DNA from: a virus
Taxonomy: Duplodnaviria; Caudoviricetes
Reading direction: 5' to 3' (one strand)
IMG/VR virus record: IMGVR_UViG_2799112320_000004
Span: 16,908 to 80,907 of that record
Length of the DNA stretch: 64,000 nucleotides
Shown here in pieces: positions 19,501 through 26,584 of this stretch. The position numbers were made by a program, and so were the translations under genes. Within the stretch, counting starts at the first letter, position 1. Each line of letters starts with the position of its first letter. The notes under the pieces were generated by a model. It searched no databases. It was not told the origin of the DNA and saw only the letters and a program-made list of their open reading frames with translations.

Positions 19501-22500
19501 GAGCGCAACGCCGATCCGATGCGCCAGGAGGCAATACGGAACATTCGCGATGTTCTCGACGGCGGCAAAGACACGATAACGATGTACCGCAGCGTCCCGG
19601 CCGACGTGAAGGAGGGACAATTCCGGAACGGCGACTGGATCACGCCGAGCCGCGCCTACGCGGAGGACAACGCCCGCATCCACGGATGGGGCAAGAAGTT
19701 CCGCGTCATCGAGCAGGAAGTTTCGGTCGAAGACGTCTGGTGGGACGGCAACGACATCGCGGAATGGGGCTTCGACGACGGTAAGGGCAGCGTGTACAAG
19801 AACACGCGGGCGAACCGCAAGCTGCTCGGTCCGACCTACGACAACGCGGGCAACCTGATACCGCTCTCGAAGCGCTTCAACGACTGGCTCATGGACGCGC
19901 GCTACTCCATCGCGGGCCGTGTCGCCGCGTCGAATATGGGCATCAAGGGCGCGGGTGAGGCCGAGGCCATGGAGAAGGCTGGCAAGGATCGCGAGGAGAT
20001 CTGGCGCACGACCGGATGGTGGCGCGGCACCGATGGTAAATGGCGCGTGGAGATCCCGGACTTCACGCTAAAGATGGACACGATTGGCAGGGAAGCCAAC
20101 GAAAGCGACCCGGATTACTTCGTGCGCAAGCGGAAGTTGCCAGACATCATCACCGACACCCGTCTCTTTGAGGCGTACCCGGAACTGAAGAAGATCACGG
20201 TCGAGACGCCGCATCACGATACATTCGGCGGGGCCAGCGTCCTGGGTGACTACAACGGCAAGAGGCGCATCCGACTGAACACATGGGCGATGATGTACGA
20301 TCCGGAACAGGTTCGCAGTACGCTCGCGCATGAGATACAGCACGCGATCCAGTACATCGAGGGTTTTGCCAAGGGCGGCAACCAAGGCCAGTTCAAGGAG
20401 GCAGACCCGTGGGCACTGCGCCGAAAGGCGAAGGCGGAGCGCAGGCGCGGCAACGAGACCGAAGCCGCACGTCTGGAAGCCGAGGCCGAGGAGATTGAGG
20501 AAAATGCGCTCGAAGGACATGTGATCGAAAATGGCGAGGTGTACGAGGACACGTTCGAGGCTTACCAGTCGCTCGCGGGCGAGACCGAATCACGCAACGT
20601 CGAGAAGCGCCTTGCCATGACGCCGGAAGAGCGCGCGGCCACGCCCCCCTGGGCGACTGAGGACGTGCCCGCCGACCGCCAGATCGTCAGGTTCTCCCTC
20701 GTCGGCAAGCGTCCGGACGGGATCGAAGTGTTCAGCACGCGCTCCGTGGACGACATGACCAACGCTCAGCGGCGCGACGAGTTCCTACGTAAACTTAAGG
20801 AGGATTATAAGGGACGCACGGCGCGTTTCGTTGCGGACGGCAAGACCTACTATGCGACATTCGGCGATGATGATGTCGGCAAACTCGTATACGGAGACAA
20901 TAAAACATCTCCTCGAAACAAGAAGGTAAAAGATCGAATCGGCGCGGCCGGTGATATATTTGATCTCGTCGAGAACTCTCGTTTCAAGGGACCTGGGAAA
21001 GAGCGCGGAAAGAAAACGGATGCTCACAGGAACGTTGAGAGATGGGATTATTTCGTCAAGACCGTCCAGATCGACGATGGCATGTACGACGTGCGAATCG
21101 AAGTGCGGAGTAAACCCAGCAGGACGGGTCAGTTGAAGGACGAATTCGTCTACAACGTGTTCTTGAACCACAGCAAGAAAAAAGCCGACCTTCGGTTCCT
21201 ATCATGGGCAGAAGCCTTAGCAGGCGATGCCTCCGTCCGTAACGCGAACGTCACGGCTCTCAGACCCGAAAAGTCGGATGCGGAAAGTGTACCAAATCCC
21301 TCCGACGAAATCAAGGCCGATCCGGAGTCTTTTGCGCGGCGCTCGATCGTCTCGCGCGTAATCGACGGCGACGCCGAGGAACGCGAATCCGCGCTCGTGG
21401 CGTTCGTCGCCGAGCGCGCGCTCAGGCACGGCCCGAAGCCGAACGCCTTCAAGACCATCGCGCGGCTCGGGCTGGAGATGGGGCTCAAGACCGTGAACGC
21501 ATCCAATATCGTCAAGAAAGGCGAGGCTCTTGCCGACCGCGTGCGCGGCACCGTCATCGAGAAGGCGATCCGCAAGGGCGACGTCGCCACGGCCACGGCC
21601 CTTCTCGCCCGCGAAAGCGACATCGACCGTCTCGTCGCCGGCGCAGCCGGTCAGGGCGGCCAGCTCGTCCGCGCAGGCGAGGGCAAGATCAAGAGCTTCC
21701 TCGACCGCGAGATCGAAAAGCATATCCGTTCGTTCAACGCCGCGTCGCTCGCGGACGTGGAGCGCGACACCGGCATCGACATCGCGGGCGAGATCCTGGC
21801 CAACAGCCCGGAGAGGTTTGATCCGAAGGGATCGGCGAAGCGCGAGGAAGCCAAGGCCGAAGCCGGCGAGGCTGGAGGCGAGGAAGGTGCCGTGCCCGGC
21901 GCCGGCGCGCCCGACGAGGGCAACATCACCGACTTCGAGCGTGCCCGCCGCGAGCGCGTGCGCAAGGAGGCCGAGGAGCGCGTCGCCAAGATGATCGCCA
22001 CGGCCAAGCAGCGCGCGGAAGAGGCCGAGAATCAACGCGCGGAATGGGAGGCGCAGCGCGAAGAGCGCAAGCGCCAGGCCGAAGCCGCAGCGGCGGCCGG
22101 CGAAGCCGGCGAGGCCGGCGAGGCCGGTGGCGGCGCCGGTGGTGGTGGCGAAGGCGGCGGCGTCGGTGGCGAGACCGTCACGCCGGAGCGTCCGAAACTC
22201 TCCACGTTCGCCGACTTCAAGTCGCCCGAGGAGTTCGCCGCGTTCTTCCGCGTCTGGGCCGAGGAGCGCTACAAGAAGGAACACGGCGCATCCACACTCG
22301 GCAAGCACGAGGAGAAGCGGCTCTTCCCGGAGTTCTACCGCAAGGCCGTCGTGCGCGAGCTGCAAGACCTGGCCGACAAGCTCCTGCCGCCCAAGGGCGC
22401 GCGCGCGACCGTCAACCGCTGGCTCGGCGAGATCCAGCCCGGCGTGAAGCCCGACACCCTCGAGCGCATTTCGGCCGACATCTTCAAGTACATCAACCGC

Positions 22501-25134
22501 AACGCGATCCGCGAGAGCCGCACGGCGACGATCCAGAAGTTCCGGAACGGACTCCAGGAGTTCATCAAGGGCCCGCAGTTCGACGACCTGAAGCTGGACT
22601 CCGACCGCAAGGTGACCGGCTGGGTGGAGGAGGCCGCGCGCTACATCCGGCGCGTGTGCAACCTCTCGATTCAGTCGATCAACGGCGAGCCGTCGCAGCT
22701 GGAAAAGGAGCGCGCCGAGCTCCAGGCCATTCTCGACCGCCGTTCGCAGGTGTACGACGAGGAAGGAAAGAACTCGGCCGACGCGCCGCTGTTCGACATG
22801 GAGACGCGCCGCGCGCTCGCCAAGCTCCAGCTCCTGGAGAAGTACGGCGCGATGAAACGATACATGCCCGGCCAGATCGCCGACCTCGCGAACGAGGCCA
22901 TGACCTGGCTGCGCGACGAAGCTGGCAAGCTCGAGGACGCCTGGAAGAGCGCCCGCGAGACCGAGGAGTCGATCCGTTCCGCGCTCACAGGCGGCATCGT
23001 CGGCCCGAACGGGCAGAAATACCAGCGCGCCGAGGGCGTCAAGGGCTGGGCGGAACGTCTGTTCGACTCCATGAACGGCATGATCCGTCTCCGGCTCCAG
23101 CACCTCGTACGGTTCTCCGATTCCGCGAACCAGCAAAAGGCACGGGACGCCATCAACCGCGTCATCGTCATGCTCGGCGACGGCGAGGTGGCGTTCACGC
23201 GGCACACGCAGAACGACCGCAGGGCGTTCGAGCAGGCGCTCACGCGGATATTCGCCACGCCCGACGGCAAGGGCTTCGACCGCCGCGCGATGGCCGACTG
23301 GCTCAACCGCATGACCGAGGCGATCCCGGCCGACCTCTCGCGCCAGCTCTCCAAGCAGGGCTACGGCGACAGCATGACCTACGGGCAGATGCTCCAGCTG
23401 CTCGTCTCACTCGAGCAGAGATCCTATTCCGAGGCGATTGCGGCGAACAAGCGCGAGAACCAGGCCGATCTCATCCGCACGTTCGAGACCGTCGGCCCGG
23501 ACGGCCGGCGCGAGCGTGTGCTGACCGACAAGGACATCCTCTTCATCGACTGGCTGCGCTCGTTCTACGAGGCGAAGCGCACCCAGCTGTCCGAGGTGAC
23601 GAAGCGCATGACCGGCCTGCCGGTTGATTCTCCCGATCCGCTCTACTGTCCCGTGAAGATGTACATGGGCGACCGCGCGCGCGGCATGCACGTGGACGAC
23701 ACCAAGGCATGGGATCCGATCGGCGCCGTGTTCTCGCGCCGCGTGGAGACGCTGCGCGACTTCGACGAGTCGGCGTCCATCCTGGGCCAGTTCTTCGACC
23801 GCTCCGCAGAGGCCGCCAAGCTCGCGGCATGGGCCGAACGCGGCTCGATCATTCGCGGCGTGTTCACGAACGCGAGCGTCCAGGAGTCGATCCGGCGCGC
23901 GTTCGGCGGCGGCGAGCTCACGAAGATCCTCAAACAGCTCGAGGAGACGTTCAACGGCGGCGAGAACATCAGGAAATCGCCCGGCGAGATCGCAGCCGCC
24001 GACAAGGCGATGAACTGGATGACCTACCTCTCGCTCGGCTACAACCCGCTCTCAGCGATGAAGCAGACCACCTCGGTCTGGGTCTGGGCGAACGCGCTGC
24101 CGGGTGGATTCAAGGACCTCTGGCGCTACATGACCGACGTGGACATGGCCACGATCAAGCACATCAAGGAGAGCGAAGAGTACAAGGTGCGCTACGGCGT
24201 CGAGATCGGCAGCGGCCAGGACGTCGCCACGCGCGCGCTGAATGACGATCCGTCCGAGAACCCGGTCAAGAAGTTCTTCAAGAAGACCTCGATGGGATTG
24301 CTCCGGAAAGGCGACTTCCTTCCGGGTGGCTGGATTGCGCAGGGGCTCTTCCGCGACCTCTACAACCGGCACCTGAGAGAGGGCATGGATCCGCAGGCGG
24401 CCGACAAGCTCGCCATGACCGAGACGTTCAACATGCTCGAAGAGACGCAGCAGTCGGGCCGCACGTACAACACGGCCGCACTCGCGCGCGAACACGGGCG
24501 CCTCGGACGGCTCCTGGTGCAGTTCGCCACCTCGCCGTTGCAGCAGCTCCAGTACGAGACGCAGGCCCTGCGCGAAGTGTGGGATCTCAAGCGCTACAAA
24601 CCGACGACTCCTGACGCCGACTTCGAGAAGCGGTACTCAGATGCGAAAGGAAAGCTCGTGCGTGCTGCCGTGATAAACCATGTCCTGCTCCCGGCCGCGC
24701 TCCACGCCGTCACAAACCTCTACCGCTACGCGATGGGCTACGATCCGGAATGGGAACAGGAAGGCTGGCACTGGACGATGCTCCGCGACATAGTGCTCGG
24801 CCAGTTCTCGCGCGTGTTCTTTATCGGCGCGATTTCCACCGTGACATGGGACACGCTCATCACGGGCAAGCCCATGCGCGAAGTGCCGGCGCTGATTCCG
24901 GCCGAGGGCGTGGTGAAGCTCACCGGCAACATGATGGTCACGGCGCGCGACATCGCGAAGCTGGACTACGAGAAGGTGCAGAAAGACCTGGACCGGCTCT
25001 TGAAATCGACCTCGATCACGCGCACGCCCTATGACGCCTTGCGCCTGCTCTCGGGCAGAGCCTACGCCGAGCGCGAGGAGCGCCGCGAGAAACGCCGCCA
25101 GAAAGAGGAGAAGAAAGCGGCTAAGCAGAAGTAG
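13591..25134 (+). CDS. Giant internal virion polyvalent protein (3847 aa): ParB-like, two LPD23-like + HExxH units, ART-like and LPD3-like modules
   Basis: Last late gene; motifs YPMELQQRDR/VVSGNGR, GWWRGKDGRWRFE (twice), HEVQH/HEIQH, TMYRSVP..GDWITPSRAYAE, WDYFVKTVQID; start may be ATG 13597. Confidence 0.85.
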   Translation: MTMPRPNTPTRWDAIPALTEEERVASALSVSPATATDEESRAAAQTLSRQVLIAHQIAQMPDESFKTEAEKYAAASKIVETMTGAKDLDGRLWNGGKPFKTGKEYLMSVRDVLTRGMTAAADPDLQAWLAMSDEEKDAKLEREQGFLSSLAEGVGDATSQVAAHYGINTELSESEYEAAPEDVRNASFMLSRDDTPQAERDKYGATIREWRTGEWRKLQRRSEYEAKLRRKNALLYLPDMIKSLKTDEAKTLAGELAQDPSAIPDNWEARLRRLPTHDIETLAQIRGMTREQTEGGFFNWLGDMGIGVYNAARGLVNGPYQQLEKYGAMAMGFDENLINETIRRKHALWSAYAGWSSPVAPLSDQHGAVANFTIGLASAVPFIASMKLKALGYVACAGEMMSEADAQAAAAGVDTTSLEYNAINLVAGGTYAYMLKAVSPKFFGASANGAAEEMALRTAFMKGVLSGVAKLDTVKIASQRTAAGSLMMAMQQSIAAVNNDLHLGGDAWNDAAKSFTETFVSSIPDMLAFTGYGILEGHARASGGLPKMFTAEGRANRSQNLREAVENAFAVRTAIVGNEQIDNLRKATILNQLSAMSRAWTEGGEAGLRGLGLKPAEITEAKDYFEAECKQLGAAEKLGELDSILDEQGARGEFDPYVFAERNEAARRYDELARDYSVKTDRLHKRIIEKMLDEKGTLRDIASVRNVWAQGHAVGAGMADGTDAGAAALVKAGFTPEDAAILSREFGAERRNMYSPAATEALREMYTRSTRGMVEAHAALASAFKGKVRTENGRVLIDLPMPDGGTGTLAVETEDLSQRFYGAAGKDPELARQIESIVTRLGGHVTADAWINMTDAERRRIVKEFHLQDEGYFMLTDPADPSLHVDSGDADAVMGVIRLDPTADPGVGFHESMHGFLRFCQETGFFDEADVKWLTDTYGTPQNAKEQLNEESAADGFRQYLAKRMAGSFAEEPGPFRKLFGLISRIRHLRDSRAATERLAANAEEALYDAFLAGKYQHVRDLTFAEPVAPKAETGTGTEAPQTGAPTPAPTPAPTPAPAPAPTPAPTPAPAPAPAPRVVSFEALTPTGGKKVKGHYEIVPLASLLHSNMAGYPMELQQRDRKGNKGEEQTREEHIANFEPGYLLADPKTDSGAMVVARRPGPDGKPQLVVVSGNGRTMVLEEMAKRNLYDRYRNRMKEWAKENGVENTVADADNPVLVRVVDELGGATLKELADLSNTNAIQQMNEEEQARADADLVRSLDLAKLYKPNMDGSANMAAGASDEFFREFVRATGDTSLLNSDGTFTEALRMRARRALLAIACGQGERGRDVVKKLVEDTDALGIDRQKDTAAAIAPHVAAIETRPEYAIGPDVSRAFADYIEFRENRDTGKKWGTLDEYLKQGDMLDQRSEIAEAVMRLLDDPKSAPVLAETVRLYVEAAKGETDGLFGAARTRAEIWRDAAKAVNVEAAEKRYSIAGKVAASNMGIKGAGDAEAMEKAGKDREEIWRTTGWWRGKDGRWRFELPSVKMKSEKEIEAALREGINGLRGGSSETTLEKVLDAPALFEAYPRLKKTKIVFSPEHDDKTGGWYDAGKNEIVLLDTGIKDLRHRPKHEQDLYDTYQQVINSDEFLQKRFSNMDAFGIKHGTAEEERALAKDWIAKFDKSIQDENAAIVRDLVKDRGPYSAFGKIVHEVQHSVQYMETFAKGGNPESAAEFVKNMKRKQRIWAYRLEVEETAKELGTTNPYEIERAILEKLGVTSREQIAGLEADGWIPDREGRDKGYNLFARGYDKEGYEEAYNEYLGEMRKTGRAGWWEGSPRELYNRLAGEVEARNASRREAMSPEERAATPPWETEDVPADRQIVRYSVTAQRVTPEEDAAYADAVKRGDMETVRRMEREVYERMGYSDDSSYQGTSAFNGAAPSSNAYFETKAERIEAAKNGEMEDTTTLGDFRDGIDVNNLQFIVFDPRSERNADPMRQEAIRNIRDVLDGGKDTITMYRSVPADVKEGQFRNGDWITPSRAYAEDNARIHGWGKKFRVIEQEVSVEDVWWDGNDIAEWGFDDGKGSVYKNTRANRKLLGPTYDNAGNLIPLSKRFNDWLMDARYSIAGRVAASNMGIKGAGEAEAMEKAGKDREEIWRTTGWWRGTDGKWRVEIPDFTLKMDTIGREANESDPDYFVRKRKLPDIITDTRLFEAYPELKKITVETPHHDTFGGASVLGDYNGKRRIRLNTWAMMYDPEQVRSTLAHEIQHAIQYIEGFAKGGNQGQFKEADPWALRRKAKAERRRGNETEAARLEAEAEEIEENALEGHVIENGEVYEDTFEAYQSLAGETESRNVEKRLAMTPEERAATPPWATEDVPADRQIVRFSLVGKRPDGIEVFSTRSVDDMTNAQRRDEFLRKLKEDYKGRTARFVADGKTYYATFGDDDVGKLVYGDNKTSPRNKKVKDRIGAAGDIFDLVENSRFKGPGKERGKKTDAHRNVERWDYFVKTVQIDDGMYDVRIEVRSKPSRTGQLKDEFVYNVFLNHSKKKADLRFLSWAEALAGDASVRNANVTALRPEKSDAESVPNPSDEIKADPESFARRSIVSRVIDGDAEERESALVAFVAERALRHGPKPNAFKTIARLGLEMGLKTVNASNIVKKGEALADRVRGTVIEKAIRKGDVATATALLARESDIDRLVAGAAGQGGQLVRAGEGKIKSFLDREIEKHIRSFNAASLADVERDTGIDIAGEILANSPERFDPKGSAKREEAKAEAGEAGGEEGAVPGAGAPDEGNITDFERARRERVRKEAEERVAKMIATAKQRAEEAENQRAEWEAQREERKRQAEAAAAAGEAGEAGEAGGGAGGGGEGGGVGGETVTPERPKLSTFADFKSPEEFAAFFRVWAEERYKKEHGASTLGKHEEKRLFPEFYRKAVVRELQDLADKLLPPKGARATVNRWLGEIQPGVKPDTLERISADIFKYINRNAIRESRTATIQKFRNGLQEFIKGPQFDDLKLDSDRKVTGWVEEAARYIRRVCNLSIQSINGEPSQLEKERAELQAILDRRSQVYDEEGKNSADAPLFDMETRRALAKLQLLEKYGAMKRYMPGQIADLANEAMTWLRDEAGKLEDAWKSARETEESIRSALTGGIVGPNGQKYQRAEGVKGWAERLFDSMNGMIRLRLQHLVRFSDSANQQKARDAINRVIVMLGDGEVAFTRHTQNDRRAFEQALTRIFATPDGKGFDRRAMADWLNRMTEAIPADLSRQLSKQGYGDSMTYGQMLQLLVSLEQRSYSEAIAANKRENQADLIRTFETVGPDGRRERVLTDKDILFIDWLRSFYEAKRTQLSEVTKRMTGLPVDSPDPLYCPVKMYMGDRARGMHVDDTKAWDPIGAVFSRRVETLRDFDESASILGQFFDRSAEAAKLAAWAERGSIIRGVFTNASVQESIRRAFGGGELTKILKQLEETFNGGENIRKSPGEIAAADKAMNWMTYLSLGYNPLSAMKQTTSVWVWANALPGGFKDLWRYMTDVDMATIKHIKESEEYKVRYGVEIGSGQDVATRALNDDPSENPVKKFFKKTSMGLLRKGDFLPGGWIAQGLFRDLYNRHLREGMDPQAADKLAMTETFNMLEETQQSGRTYNTAALAREHGRLGRLLVQFATSPLQQLQYETQALREVWDLKRYKPTTPDADFEKRYSDAKGKLVRAAVINHVLLPAALHAVTNLYRYAMGYDPEWEQEGWHWTMLRDIVLGQFSRVFFIGAISTVTWDTLITGKPMREVPALIPAEGVVKLTGNMMVTARDIAKLDYEKVQKDLDRLLKSTSITRTPYDALRLLSGRAYAEREERREKRRQKEEKKAAKQK
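16723..16818 (+). repeat. Pro-Ala-Thr (PAPT) low-complexity linker repeat
   Basis: Tandem degenerate 6/12-nt units encoding APTPAPTPAP just before the ParB-like domain. Confidence 0.9.
18004..18150 (+). repeat. 147-nt direct repeat, copy 1 (copy 2 at 19900-20046)
   Basis: Both copies encode RYSIAG.VAASNMGIKGAG.AEAMEKAGKDREEIWRTTGWWRG.DG.WR with high nucleotide identity. Confidence 0.9.
19063..19188 (+). repeat. 126-nt direct repeat, copy 1 (copy 2 at 20572-20697)
   Basis: Both copies encode LAGE.E.RN...R.AM.PEERAATPPW.TEDVPADRQIVR(Y/F)S. Confidence 0.9.
22081..22170 (+). repeat. Gly/Glu/Ala low-complexity linker (GEA x3, poly-Gly)
   Basis: 9-nt units ggcgaagcc/ggcgaggcc followed by ggtggc runs. 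Confidence 0.8.
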
Positions 25135-26242
25135 ACTCCAGTGCCTGACGGATCTCCTCCGTCTTGTCGGCGTGGTCATATCGCTGCACGGTCGCGTCCT
25201 GCGTCCATCCGCCGAGCCGCTTTGCGAGGTCGTTGCTCACGCCGGCCTCGGCCAGGCGTGTCCTGAAGGTATGCCGCCAGCTGTGGAAGGTGATCGTCGG
25301 ATCGTCCACGCCGGCCGCCTTCAGGATCGCGGCGAAGGTACAGTCTTCCGGATCGCCGGGATAGACTTTCGCAAACTCCGGAAGCACATACTTCCGGCCC
25401 TTCACGAACAGACCCTTCAGCGCGTCGCGCAGCACGGCCACCATCGGAACCTCGACCTCGATGTTGTAGCCCTGAGTCTTGATCGGCTTCACGCGGATCA
25501 CGCCCCTCTCGAAGTCTACTTTGCTCCATTCCAGGAACACGACGTCATGCTTCCGGAGCCCGGTCCACCGTGCGACGAGACACGCCTCATACCAATGCGG
25601 CACGGCGCTCGCCTTCGCGGCCGCCAGCACGGCCTTCTCCTGGGCGCGCGTAAACGCGGCGTGACGCTGGCCGTCGCGCACGGTCGGCCGGAGGTCCTTC
25701 CACGGATTGCGGACGCCATACAGGGCCTCGGCGGCCTTCCAGATCGTGGATAGATTCCCGATGTATTCTTTCCGGCTTTTGTCCTTCAGCTTCGCCTTGT
25801 GCTTTTTGTCCTTCGGCGAGCTCTTCTTCTTCAGGTGCTCGGCATACGCCATCGCACACTCGAACGTCACCTCCTCCACGGTCGTGACCGGGAACTCGGT
25901 TTTCGTCCACTCGATGAAATCCTCGAGGTTCTTCTTCCGCTGCTTCACGAGCCGTTCGCCCGGCTTGCGATCGCGCATCGACATGAACCGCTCATACGTC
26001 GCCCACAGCTGAGCGATCGGCAGCCCGGCTCCCTCGCGCTCCCTGGTGAAGACGGCGTCGAGAATGGATTTCAATTTCATCTCGGATATCTTGCCCTTAA
26101 TCGACAGGTGCATGGACTCCTCGATCGACCGCGCATCCTTAATGGAAGTTGTGCCGGTAGACTGGCGGATGAATTTCCCTGGTCTTTTGGGGTCACGGAA
26201 TGAAACCCACCAGTATTTAGAACCGTTATTTTTGTATAGCAT
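25121..26242 (-). CDS. int: Tyrosine recombinase / phage integrase
   Basis: N-terminal arm-binding YWWVSF..R.STGT; catalytic TGLR, FHSWRH, LGGW and terminal Tyr (VQRYDH). Confidence 0.95.
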   Translation of the reverse strand: MLYKNNGSKYWWVSFRDPKRPGKFIRQSTGTTSIKDARSIEESMHLSIKGKISEMKLKSILDAVFTREREGAGLPIAQLWATYERFMSMRDRKPGERLVKQRKKNLEDFIEWTKTEFPVTTVEEVTFECAMAYAEHLKKKSSPKDKKHKAKLKDKSRKEYIGNLSTIWKAAEALYGVRNPWKDLRPTVRDGQRHAAFTRAQEKAVLAAAKASAVPHWYEACLVARWTGLRKHDVVFLEWSKVDFERGVIRVKPIKTQGYNIEVEVPMVAVLRDALKGLFVKGRKYVLPEFAKVYPGDPEDCTFAAILKAAGVDDPTITFHSWRHTFRTRLAEAGVSNDLAKRLGGWTQDATVQRYDHADKTEEIRQALESTSA

Positions 26243-26287
26243 TTTAGCCCGTTTCTTTTATTGCGTTAAATTGAACGATGGTCTATT

Positions 26288-26310
26288 GTATCATATTCCG
26301 TATCATATCC
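26288..26310 (+). promoter_or_regulatory. Putative integrase arm-type site pair (A side)
   Basis: Direct repeat GTATCATATTCC / GTATCATATCC between the int start and the tRNA. Confidence 0.55.
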
Positions 26311-26317
26311 GCAACGA

Positions 26318-26358
26318 TAAAAGAAAACAGAAAAACGCCCATTTTCAGGGCGTTTTCC
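26318..26358 (-). terminator. Intrinsic terminator downstream of the tRNA
   Basis: 9-bp stem AAAACGCCC / GGGCGTTTT with a 7-nt loop, then TTTTTCTGTTTTCTTTT on the minus strand. Confidence 0.8.
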
Positions 26359-26369
26359 GTTTATCTTAT

Positions 26370-26446
26370 TGGTGCGACTGACTGGGATCGAACCAGCAAC
26401 CTTCGGCTTCGGAGGCCAACGCTCTATCCAGTTGAGCTACAGTCGC
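26370..26446 (-). tRNA. trnR: tRNA-Arg(CCG), intact with encoded CCA
   Basis: Reverse complement GCGACTGTAGCTCAACTGGATAGAGCGTTGGCCTCCGAAGCCGAAGGTTGCTGGTTCGATCCCAGTCAGTCGCACCA; anticodon loop CT-CCG-AA; GTTCGA T-loop. Confidence 0.95.
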
Positions 26447-26474
26447 ATTATTTCCAATGGTTTTTGATGTTTGT

Positions 26475-26493
26475 TGCCAATTTGATGCCAAAT
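26475..26493 (+). promoter_or_regulatory. Putative integrase arm-type site pair (B side)
   Basis: TGCCAA direct repeat at 11-bp period (TGCCAATTTGATGCCAAAT), about 30 nt from the tRNA 5' end. Confidence 0.5.
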
Positions 26494-26554
26494 CGCGTCG
26501 GCCAGATACATCTCAAACCTTCCGAAAACTTGCCTTTTCCTTCGGTTGCGGAGT

Positions 26555-26583
26555 AGTTTACCACATTCCCTTTCGGTTTGCAA
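26555..26583 (-). promoter_or_regulatory. Sigma70-type promoter reading toward the tRNA
   Basis: TTGCAA-17 nt-TAAACT with an extended TGn; the -35 box starts directly after the stop codon of 26585-36196. Confidence 0.7.
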
Positions 26584-26584
26584 G

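Larger units (their letters stand above)
1..26370. mobile_element. Prophage A (partial, continues left of window), integrated at the 3' end of tRNA-Arg(CCG)
   Basis: Contiguous + strand virion genes with 4-nt overlaps, ending in a tyrosine integrase that lies directly downstream of an intact tRNA. Confidence 0.85.

Noticed and set aside
18004-20697. Repeat pairs as a DGR template/variable region
   Set aside because: Differences are mostly synonymous G/C/T changes, not adenine-specific, and there is no reverse transcriptase in the window
11444-25134. Virion-associated lytic transglycosylase domain expected in gp15/gp16-like proteins
   Set aside because: I could not find an SLT (ES/GLMQ) or lysozyme motif by eye; absence is unproven without HMM searches
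26288-26493. Short repeats near the tRNA as a CRISPR remnant
   Set aside because: Only 6-12 nt pairs, no spacers and no cas genes anywhere in the window
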